The position numbers and the translations under genes were made by a program. Below, piece after piece: positions 24,001-33,699 of a stretch of 64,000 nt of DNA; position 1 is the first letter of the stretch; each line of letters starts with the position of its first letter. The notes below the pieces were generated by a model. The model saw only the letters and a list, made by a program, of their open reading frames with translations, made no database searches and was not told where the DNA came from. Source of the DNA: Octopus sinensis (Eukaryota); the NCBI RefSeq assembly GCF_006345805.1, contig NC_042997.1:206708001-206772000 (forward strand). Reading direction: 5' to 3'.

Positions 24001-24705
24001 TGACCAAGACCACGAAAATGAAGATCTACCAGGCATGTGTACTCAGCACTCTACTGTATGGAAGCGAGACCTGGACGCTATACACACGCCAAGAGTGTCG
24101 CCTAAACATCTTTCACCTGCGCTGCCTCCGAAAAATCCTCCGCATCAAATGGCAGGATCATATCCCCAACAAAGATGTCCTCAGGCAAGCAGGAATACCA
24201 AGCATGTTTGCACTCCTCACACAAAGACGTATGAGATGGCTTGGGCATGTTAGCCGTATGAAAGATGGCAGAATCCCCAAGGACATACTCTACGGAGAGC
24301 TTGCTAGGGGTACTAGGTCTGTGGGTAGACCGATCTTACGTTACAAGGATGTTTGCAAAAGGGACATGAAGGCCTGCAACATCAATATTAGCGGTTGGGA
24401 GGCAGTTGCCGGCAACCGTGGAGATTGGCGACGTACCGTAAAAGAGGGAATACAAAGAAGTGACAGAGAGAGAGAGGAGAAATGGAAAGAAAGGAAGAGA
24501 CGTAAACAAGAGACTATGGCACTACAACCAGCCAGGAACAGTCTTCGCTACATTTGTGGTACCTGCCAGAGAGAGTGTTTGTCCAGGATAGGACTACACA
24601 GCCACAGCAGGAAATGTATCAGGACATGAAATATAAAAGCCGGACTAGACTACTTTATGCGCAACTCCATTGTCTCCTGAGACAGAAAGGATGCCAACCT
24701 ACCAA
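21085..24705 (+). mobile_element. RTE-clade LINE, near full length, with internal deletion of the APE N-terminus
   Basis: 5' UTR ~21085-21700; APE remnants (LLGDFNARVG, LCITNTFF, HQLDLII, DTDHSLI); NKAPGKDGIP; RT and C-terminal zinc finger in ORF 23061-24629. Confidence 0.92.
23061..24629 (+). CDS. Uninterrupted 522 aa RTE reverse transcriptase + C-terminal C2H2-like finger (N-terminally truncated ORF2 segment)
   Basis: PESQCGFRRSRST, AFIDLTKAFDSV, GVKQGCVLAPTLF, LFADDATL, FTYLGS, RMRWLGHVSRM, CGTCQRECLSRIGLHSHSRKC. Preceded in frame by TAG at ~22968. Confidence 0.85.
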   Translation: MRDANIIMLYKNKGNRGDCNNYCGISLLSTVGKTFACVILAKLQLFASRIYPESQCGFRRSRSTIDMIFSIRQLQEESREQKMPLYMAFIDLTKAFDSVSRTGLFILLQKIGCPPKLLRIIKSFHDDMQGTIQHNGSTSAAFQIKNGVKQGCVLAPTLFGIFFSLLLSHAFQTSDDGVFLHSRSDGKLFNLSRLHAKTKIRNVLLKEMLFADDATLVTHTEEALQRLINCFEQACNDFGLVISLKKTNIMGQATSDIPNIHIGDHRLQEVEKFTYLGSTVTYNLSLDAELNIHIGKAAAAMAQLSKWAWDNNKLTKTTKMKIYQACVLSTLLYGSETWTLYTRQECRLNIFHLRCLRKILRIKWQDHIPNKDVLRQAGIPSMFALLTQRRMRWLGHVSRMKDGRIPKDILYGELARGTRSVGRPILRYKDVCKRDMKACNINISGWEAVAGNRGDWRRTVKEGIQRSDREREEKWKERKRRKQETMALQPARNSLRYICGTCQRECLSRIGLHSHSRKCIRT

Positions 24706-24845
24706 GTGGCTTTGACATGTGAATGTGTGCATGTGTGAATGCGTCTATAATGTGTGGGTGTGTAGATGATGGTGTAGGGGTGCAGATGATGGGTGTGGTG
24801 TGGATGCTGGGAAGTGTTCAGTGCTAGTGTGTGTAGACATATATA

Positions 24846-26103
24846 TAGGGGTTGGACAAAAGACAGAAACACCTAGCATCATAATTTTGAAATATCTATA
24901 AAATCATCAAAAGCTTGTTCATTCTTGTTTTTGATTTTATTACTAGTGTTGCTTAATGTTTTGCTAAAATTGCCATTTCTTCTCAGATATCATAGAAAAA
25001 GTTAATTAAAATTCATTAAAATGACAGATCTATCCGACTTTCAATGAGTTGAAATTGTTGGTGTTCGTATGGCAGGCACTAGCATAACAAAAACAGCCAA
25101 AATGTTTGGTGTACAAAGAAGTACTGTCTCGAAAGTAATGACAGCCTTTGAGAAAGAGAGAAAATCTCCTCATTGAAACAAAACTTCAGAAGAAAACCAA
25201 AACTTTCAGATAGGGACCGTCTGACTCTTACGCGAATTGTTAGAAAGGATCACAAAAGTACAACTCCCAAAATCACTGCAGAGCTTAATGGCCACCTGAA
25301 GAACCCAGTTTCCACAAAAACTGTTCACCAGGAGATACACAAAGCCAGATTTCATGTGAGGACTGCAATCAGAAAACCACTCCTTTCAAAAACAAACGTT
25401 GCAAAGCATTTAGAGAGGAGTAAAACCTACAGAATTGGTCCCTAGTGCAGTGAAAGAATGTTATTTTCTCAGACAAGTCATCCTTTACCTTATTTCTGAC
25501 CACTGGCTGAGTGTACGTGTGGTGACAGCCAAAAGAAGCATTTGACCCACACTACCTTCTTCCAACTGTTAAACATGGAGGCGGATCTGTGATGATGGGG
25601 AGGGGGGGTCTATATCTTGGAAATCCGCCGGCCCAATGGTTTCCCTTCATGGCAGAATTAATAGTCAAGACTATTTAAGCATTTCATCTGATCAAATTCA
25701 TCTTATGGTTGCAGAACTGTTTCTGGAGTGAAAAGAAATCCTTCAGGATGATAATGCACCAATTCACACAGCTAAAGTTGTTACTGAATAGCACGAGGAA
25801 CATTCTAGTGAAGTTGAACATCTTATCTGGCCACCACAGTCCTCAGATCTCAGTATTATTGAACATTTATGGTGCATTTTAGAAAAAACCAGTAAGGAGT
25901 CGATATCCTCCACTATCATCACTACAAGAACTGGAGACTGTTTTAGCTGAAGAATGGACAAAAATTCCTTGGAAACAATTCAAACTTAGTACAAGTCCAT
26001 ACCTCATAGAATTCAAGCTGTAATTACTACCAAAGGTAGTCCTACCCCATATTAAAAAAAATATGTTTGAAATTTTATGGTATTTCCATTATCTTGTGCA
26101 ACC

Positions 26104-26107
<4 letters not shown>
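24846..26107 (+). mobile_element. Tc1/mariner DNA transposon, full length, inactivated transposase with DD36E spacing
   Basis: TIRs (T)AGGGGTTGGACAAAAGACAGAAACACC / GGTATTTCCATTATCTTGTGCAACCTCTG with TA on both sides. ATG at 25021 (MTDLSDFQ), HTH region, VIFSD, QDDNAPIH, WPPQSSDLSIIEHLW. Confidence 0.92.
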
Positions 26108-26140
<33 letters not shown>

Positions 26141-26899
26141 AATAACATTAGTAGAGCAAAGTTATACAGAATAGGTAATAAAATGTGCTTGTTATGCTCT
26201 ACTGAGTTTATGAAATACTCCAGTCGAAAGAAGTATTACTGAATAGTACAGAAGAGAAGGAAATAAAATGCCAACACAAAAATAGTTATACATATAAAAT
26301 GAAAAATATATGAAAAGTTACCCCCCACCCAGTACGTAATTTCTTAAACAATTATGAGGAAGGTAGTTAAATATAGTTTTAATAGAATAATATAATAGTA
26401 TTAGATATGAATATACCTAAAACCAAGAATAAATGTAAAGAATATTACCTTAAAAGTATTAGACAGGCCACATATTGAATAAAATAAATCTCTAAATCTT
26501 TAACACTAGAAAAAATCCAATTATACCTAAAGATAAGATTATCTTATTATTACCTCCCCTTGAATTCAACCTCTCTAATGATATTAGTCTTAAAGAATTT
26601 TGTTTTTTTTATTCCCAGAATACTTAATGCAGGACAGAAGGTTAAAGAAGGAGTAAACATGCAGATAAGTATTCTTCCTTTGTTAATTGTGGTATATAGT
26701 TTTATTCAAAAAATTTATAACATATATAGAGGTTTTTTTTTTACTTTTTAAATATTATTAACCTACGTTTGTCATAATAATGGTAATATATACTAGTGTT
26801 GATAGGGGTAAATTTCGCAATAAATTATTAATTCCCGTAAAGTTTATATAGATAGGCAGTTTAATTTGATGTGTTTATAAAATAGTCGATGAGGGTTTC

Positions 26900-27095
26900 T
26901 ATGCCGTGCTGGTGGCACGTAAAAAGCACCCACTACACTCTCGGAGTGGTTGACTTTAGGAAGGACATCCAGCTGTAGAAACTCTGCCAGATCAAGATTG
27001 GAGCCTCGTGCAGCCATCTGGTTCGCCAGCCCTCAGTCAAAATCGTCCAACCCATACTGGCATGGATAGCGGACGTTAAACGATGATGATGATAT
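26900..27095 (+). mobile_element. SINE 3' module ending in (GAT)n
   Basis: gtggcacgtaaaaagcacccactacactc...ggacgttaaacgatgatgat. Confidence 0.8.
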
Positions 27096-27244
27096 ATATC
27101 GCTATTGTATTTTTAGGTGTTTTATTTTATTAAATTTTTATGAATTTAAAAAATTTTTTAAATCTTATATATATTTTTAATGAAGATTTCTAAGAATTTG
27201 TAGGATGAAATTGGATCCGTTAATAATAATAATGATAAGAGGAA

Positions 27245-27327
27245 AATAGCCTGAGGACGCACTTATGGGTTTATGTATTAGGTGTAGCCTAGTAAAACAA
27301 ACCAACAGGGCAGAAACATGTAGCATT
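27245..27327 (+). ncRNA. Type I hammerhead ribozyme-like motif (Penelope pLTR)
   Basis: AATAGC-CTGAGGA-CGCAC..GGGCA-GAAA-CAT-GTA|GCATT. Intact core, palindromic ACATGT stem III, GUA triplet (cleavage after 27322); stem II has two mismatches. Confidence 0.55.
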
Positions 27328-27377
27328 GATTAATATTATCTTCTTTCCCCAAAGACTAATAACAGGTAAGGTATATA

Positions 27378-28999
27378 CCATAAATCCTCGAGTATAGTCT
27401 CCCCTTGAGTATAATATGCAGGGGATTTTTAGGGGGCTGTACCTCTGAAAAACCTAGACCTTGTGTATTATACGCACCGCTTCTCTAACTTGAGTCAAGG
27501 AGGTTTATATAACGTCCTTGGTTTGTAAAAATGTATACAGTAATGTCCTTTATTATTATTGTACATATAACATAATGCAAACATGTAACTTTTTTGTGCA
27601 TTTTGTTTTCAGAAAATAAAGAATTAACAGTAATAACGTCAGTGAACAATAAATATTAAGTAAATTGCCTTCACATATTTATCACTATCAGTTGCAAAAG
27701 CAAAACCATTTATTCAAATCCTTCAAATTCAACATCACTTTCAGCATTAAATAACTGTTCCATTTGTTCCTCTGTAAACATATCAGCATCATTGTAGTGT
27801 AAATCTCCGTCATCATCAGATTCATAGTCAACATCAGAAGATTCACTTTCATTTCATTAATCTTTCCATATGTCATCCTGAGTACCATCCAGTGCAGACA
27901 ATATACAACATTTGATGAAACTTTTCACATTAATCTGGGATCAAGTTCATTCCATGCATACACGATCCATTTGCTTATCAAAGTCAGGTCAGGAGTGCGA
28001 ACCTTCTACCTTTAGTGATCGACTTTATGCCTTGGCATAAAGTTACTGGCCCAGCCACGTGATGCTTTAAATTCTGACTCATTAAGTTTTATCTCTTTAG
28101 CAAGGAGTTTTGCCTGAAGCCTCGAATGTACTGTATTCCATCAAGTCTTCTTTCCTCTACCCATTCAAGCAAAATTTTTTTCAAACTCAGGATGTTTGGC
28201 CTTTCCTCTCACTTTTTGCCTTCTTTATCTTTGGTATCTGTTTAATTTCATCTTTATTTCTTCTCCATAACCTGACATTGCTTTCGTCAACATGAAATTT
28301 TCTTCCGGCAGCCCTATAACCATGCTCTTCAGCATGTGATATAACTTCAAGTTTAAACATAGCTGAATAAGATCTATGAAGCATTTTATGGGCATGTAAT
28401 GTATAAAATGTTTTACTGGAGATTAATGTACAGGTTTAAGTCCCACTTATAAAAAAAAAACCTTAGTAAAGATCTACAGCAGTTCAAACATTTAATACTG
28501 GTATTTAATTAAGTATCTATTGTTTGCCACGGTAATGAGGCAAACTGCCAATAGAAAGAGCAGAATTAAATATTTAGCGCTCAACTATTAAGCACAATTC
28601 GTCCGTAATTAAGCCAGCAGCACCTAGTCGAACAAACACTTCCGCGCATGCGTAATACAATAATGGTGATGTTCTTAACTGTTATATGGGAATGTAAATA
28701 TGTTTTCAAATTGTTTTTGTTACATGTTATTCTGTGTTCTGAATACTTTTATTTTGATAAATGTTGCTTACTGTTATGGATTATTCTTTTATGACTTCAT
28801 TGCTTTCAGGCTTAGCTTAGAGTATTTTCATGCCCGATATCACAAAATGCGCCTGAATAAACATTGCTGGACAGCAAATAGACTCGGACATTGCTTAGAA
28901 AGTATTTTTCATTTTTTTATCTCGTATATAGTACAGCACTAGGGATTTTGACCTTTAAATTTTGGGAAACAAATATGGATTATACTCGAGGATTTACGG
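27378..28999 (-). mobile_element. pogo/Tigger-type DNA transposon, internal-deletion derivative
   Basis: TIRs CCATAAATCCTCGAGTATAGTC / GATTATACTCGAGGATTTACGG with TA flanks. ORF 28187-28384 (RSYSAMFKLEVISHAEEHGYRAAGRKFHVDESNVRLWR; Brinker/POGK-like DBD), FKASRGW, then a jump to the acidic C-terminus (SFIKCCI..LDGTQDD) with no DDE core. Confidence 0.88.
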
Positions 29000-29209
29000 T
29001 ATATATATTTTAAATATGTTTAAATAATTTCTAATTAATTCTATTGTACTTTATTTTATTGTACGTTATAGTAGGCTTTAAAATGCTTATATTATTAGAT
29101 TAGTATTTTGTATATAACTTTCTATGTGTACTCCAGAAAATGAGGTTGTCCTGAATTGAAGTTGTGGTCCTATTGGTAAAATCCCAAATATGTAATAATA
29201 TATATATAT

Positions 29210-30366
29210 ACTAGCAGCTAATCCCGGTTTCTCCCGGTCTGTTTGGATGATGTGGCTGTGAGCGTTTTCGGTTAGGCATAATCTATAACAGCATTTCTCA
29301 ACTTTATCATTTCGAGTCCCCTGTTTCGATTGGAACCTGCAGCTGTATGAACATTTCCTGATTCCCCCCCACCCTTGTCAGAAAGGAACTTCAGAAGTTG
29401 TGAAGAACAAATCTGTACATAGTCTGTTTCTGAGAGCTATTCTATTGGACCTCTGTCTGATCATTAAAACATTGATTTAATTATGAACATAGAAAGAAAT
29501 TATACATAAATCCCTATTTTGTAAGCAGTTGTATCTGTAAAAATTTTATTTGCAGATAGCAGAAATTGAAAGAAGGTATGTGAAATGGACGTGTGTGTGT
29601 GTGTGCTTGCGTATGTGTATGTGAAAGAGAAAGAGGGTGAGAAAGAGATTGGACATCTTTGTAATCAGAGCAGAATTGAAAGAAGATATATGAAATGGAC
29701 GTGTGTAAGTGTGTGTTTTTCCTGCTAATTTGTGGGGATTTTTGCAGTCGGCACGTGGTGGTTTGTGTTTATCTCTAGAGTCGAATTGTTAATTTGTCTG
29801 TAATAGCAATGCCCGGACAAGTCAAAATATCTTCGTTTTTTACTCCTTCGCCTGCAGTAAAAGGAGTCAAGAGCCCTTCTCCATAAATTTTTTTTACTTT
29901 CATAATATAAGGTTGGGTAGAAAGGGGATCTTTAGAAGTCTGCGGGAAAAATGAAAGAGACATAGGGAGTGCAATTGAATAAGTGAAGTTCTTTTGAAGT
30001 TGGCATGAATTTGAAGAATTGATGTGCGTGTGTGTGTGAGAGAGTGAAAGTGTGTGTGCGTGTGTGTGTGTGTGTGTTTGATGGGGTGTGCGATATGGCC
30101 AAGAGTTAACTTGTCGTGAGAGAATGTGTGAATGAGTGACAGAGAAAAGGAGAGAGAGGTTATGTATGTTGGCGAGTGAATTCCATTAGAAAAAGTTTTA
30201 ATCAATTTTCTTGGTAACTAGGTATGGAAAATACAAACTGCATTCCAATCTATGCACACGTCTCCAAATGTGTGCCATTTTTCACGCGAATCCACCCAGC
30301 TGTTTGGCTGTGAATCTCAAAACAAGAAAGAATACAACACTCACCCGTGTCCAATTTATATTACAG
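29210..30366 (+). mobile_element. Non-autonomous Helentron/HINE-like element, copy 1 of a tandem dimer
   Basis: Starts ACTAGCAGCTAATCCCGGTTTCTCCCGG, has internal (GT)n blocks, ends ccaatttatattacag; directly followed by copy 2. Confidence 0.7.
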
Positions 30367-31579
30367 ACTAGCAGCTAAGCCCGGTTTCACCCGGTCTGTT
30401 TGGATGATGTGGCTGTGATCATTTTCGGTTAGGCATAATCTATAACTGCGTTTCTCAACCTTATCATTTCGGGTCCCCTCTTTCGATTGGAACCTGCAGC
30501 TGTATGAAAATTTCCTGACCCACCCCTTGTCAGAAACAGCTTTAGGAGATGTGAAGGACGAATTCTTACATAGTCTGTTTCTGAGAGCTATTCTATTGGA
30601 TCCCTGTCTGATCATTAAAACATTGGGCGATCTTTTGATATGGGAACACACAACTCACTTACATACCACTTATAAACCACGTGTGTTTATTTACACTTTT
30701 GAAGATGATCGTCGGTTTCTGTAAAAAAATTTATTTTTTTAATATAGGGTTAGGTGGAAAGGGATCTTTTGAGTCTGCGTGGAAGCGAAAGAGACAGGGA
30801 GAGCATGGGTGTATGAATGAAGTTCTTTTGAAGTTGGCGTGAAGCGGAAGAAGTGATGTGCATGCATGTGAGTGTGCGTGTGTGAATGTGTGTGTGTGTG
30901 TGTGTGTGATGGGGTGTGCGAGACAGAATGTGTGGTGTATATGTGAATTGCTTTTGTTAGTGTGTGTGAAGAGACAGAGAGAGTAATGTTACTGGTGTGT
31001 GCGTATGAGAGAGAGATAACTGAAATTTTTTATTCACTTTTTGTAGTGAGTGAATGTGAGTCATTGACAGAAAAAGCGAGAGAAAGAGAGAGACGTTATG
31101 TATGTATGAATGGCTTCAGTGACACACACACACGCAGGTTGTTAGTATGTATGTATACATAGATGTATGTATCTATGCATGGCCGAGAGAGTGTTATCTG
31201 AAATTTTGTTATTCACTTTTGTAGTGAGTGAATGTGTGAGTGACTGACAGAGAAAAGGAGAGAGAGGTTATGTATGTATATATGTATGAATGGCTTTGGC
31301 TGACTGTCATCCTGTATTCTCCTTGTTGCTAAGCGAAATGGTATATGCTGGCAGTGTGAGCAACTGGTTGTTTTAATGGTGGGGGAATTCCATTGGATAA
31401 GTTTTAATCGATTTTCTTGGTAACTATGGGGTCTAGGAAAAAATACAAACTGCATTCCAGTCTATGCACCTGTCTCCACATGTGTGCCATTTTCACGTGA
31501 ATCCACCCAGCTGTTTGGCTTTGAACCTCAAGACAAGAAAGAATACAACGCTCACCCGTGTCCAATTTATATTATAGAT
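30367..31579 (+). mobile_element. Non-autonomous Helentron/HINE-like element, copy 2 of the tandem dimer
   Basis: Starts ACTAGCAGCTAAGCCCGGTTTCACCCGG, ends ccaatttatattatagat; colinear with 29210-30366. Confidence 0.7.
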
Positions 31580-32214
31580 ATAAAAGAATGCAAAAAATGG
31601 GAGAAAATGCAAAATATCCAGACAGTTAGATGATACAAAAAAAAAGAGACAAGAAAAAACAAGGAAGGATCATTCGGAGTTTTCTTTCCTAAGTCGAGTT
31701 CCAGATTATCTTTTCAATTTTGGCTGCTCATACTCAGGATTGCTCCAATTTGGCCATCCCCAAGGAAAAACTAAGCTAAGAGCACGAGGTTCCTAGGAAG
31801 AAAGCAGTGAATGTAGATGAAAACGAGGACGAAAATGGACAAATGGTACACAAATACAAATGCAAATAATAGGACATTAACAACAGGTGTCTTTCGACTA
31901 AGGACGAATTAAATTAAGCTGGTGTGTGTGGAAGTGAAGCCTTACGGCAGGGACATAAGAAGTAACAGGTGTGGGGAGGACAGAAGAATTAGGGAGGGAT
32001 GAGAAAAGACAGGGAGAGAGTGAGGTGAAAGAGGAGGGAAGGTGAGAATGAAGAGAAAGCCAGGAAATGTGAGAGAGGGGGAATGAAAGAAAGAAGAATG
32101 GAAAGAACAAAGTAAGTGTGAAGGGGATTAAAGAAAGAAAGAGAGAATGAACGAATAAGGGAGTTGTACAAAATTTAGATACATTTAGACTCCTATATGT
32201 AAGTACATATCATC

Positions 32215-32600
32215 ATTATCATCATTTAACGTCTGCTTTCCAAGCTGGCATGAGTTGGATGATTTGACTGAGGACTAGCGAACCAGGTGGCTGCACCAGA
32301 CTCCAATCTGATCTGGCAGAGTTTCTACAGCTGAACACCCTTCCTAATGCCAACCACCCCGAGAGTGTAGTGGGTGCTTTTACATGACACCGGCATGAGG
32401 GCCAGTCTGGCAGTACTGGCAACGGCCACGCTCAAAAGTTTTTTTCATGTGCCAGTAAGGCAACGCTAGTAACGATCATGTTCAAATAGTGCTTTTTTAC
32501 GTGCTACCAGCACGGAAGCCAGTCAGTTGCTCTGGCAAGGATCACGCTCAGATGGTGATCTTAGCGCTCCACTGGCATGGGTGCCAGTCATCGAATTTGA
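32215..32600 (-). mobile_element. SINE (GAT-tailed family)
   Basis: Reverse complement of the module at 33235-33598. Confidence 0.75.
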
Positions 32601-33205
32601 TTCGATTTCGATTTCACTTGCCTCAACAGATCTTTGCAAGCAGAATTTAGTGTCCAATGAAGGAAAGGTATGCATAAGTGGGCTGGTACACCCCTGGCAT
32701 AGCCCACGGCTTATAGTCTCACTTGGTTTTGCCGGGTCTTCTCACGCACTGCATATTTCCAAAGGTCTCGGTCTCTAGTCATTGCCTCTGTGAGGCCTAA
32801 TGTTTGAAGGTTGTGCTTCACCACTTCATCCCAGGCCTTCTTGGATCTACCTCTTCCACAGGTTCCCTCAATAGCTAGGGTGTGGCACTTTTTCACACAG
32901 CTATCTTCAGCCATTCTCGTCACATGACCATACCAGCACAGTTGTCTCTCTTGCACACCACAACTGATGCTTCTTAAGTCTAACTTTTCTCTCAAGGTAC
33001 TTACACTCTGTCAAGTATGCACACTAACATTACACATCCAGCAGATCATGCTAGCTTCATTCCTTGCGAACTTACGTATGTCCTCAGCAGTCATGGCCGA
33101 TGTCTCACTGATATGTAGCATGGCTGTTCATACACATGTGTCACACAATCTACCTTTTACTCTGAGAAAAAGGCCCTTTGTCACCAGCAGAGGTAAGAGC
33201 TCTCT
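32600..33205 (-). mobile_element. RTE-type LINE 3' fragment
   Basis: ORF 32711-32995: LREKLDLRSISCGVQERQLCWYGHVTRM..GTCGRGRSKKAWDEVV..AMTRDRDLWK. Confidence 0.8.
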
Positions 33206-33234
33206 GGTATATATATATATATATATATATAATA

Positions 33235-33594
33235 AAATCATCCGAACGTGGCTGTAGCCAGTACCGCATCAACTGGCCTCCGTGCTGTGGGCACGTAACA
33301 AACACCATCCAATCGTGGCCGTGCCAGCCTCGCCTGGCCTCCGTGCCGGTGGCACGTAAAAATCACCATCCGAGCGTGGCCGTTTGCCAGCCTCGTCTAG
33401 CACCTGTGTCGGTGGCACATAAAAAGCACCCACTACACTCGCGGAGTGGTTGGCGTTAGGAAGGGCATACAGCTGTAGAAACAGTGCCAGATCTGACTGG
33501 CCTGGTGCAGCCTCCTGGCTTCCCAGACCCCAGTTGAACCGTCCAACCCATGCTAGCATGGAAAGCGGACGTTAAACGATGATGATGATGATGA

Positions 33595-33598
<4 letters not shown>
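33235..33598 (+). mobile_element. SINE with internal ~50 bp tandem units and (GAT)n tail
   Basis: Repeated accatccgagcgtggccg..gccagcctcg..gtggcac units, then the conserved 3' module. Confidence 0.8.
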
Positions 33599-33677
<79 letters not shown>

Positions 33678-33695
33678 TACATATATATATATATG
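33599..33695. repeat. (TA)n-(GA)n compound microsatellite
   Basis: Direct reading. Confidence 0.95.
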
Positions 33696-33699
33696 TATA

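Larger units (their letters stand above)
26140..27365 (+). mobile_element. Penelope-like element 3' end and pLTR, interrupted by a SINE
   Basis: KMCLLCSTE..EILQSKEVLLNSTEEKEIKCQHKN resembles the C-terminus of GIY-YIG PLE ORFs; AT-rich 3' region carries a hammerhead-like motif. Confidence 0.55.

Noticed and set aside
26140-26830. Possible mitochondrial insertion (very AT-rich)
   Set aside because: No mitochondrial gene frame or tRNA found; the start translates like a Penelope C-terminus
33240-33420. Regularly spaced ~50 bp repeats that might suggest a CRISPR array
   Set aside because: Eukaryotic SINE-internal tandem units with no unique spacers and no cas genes
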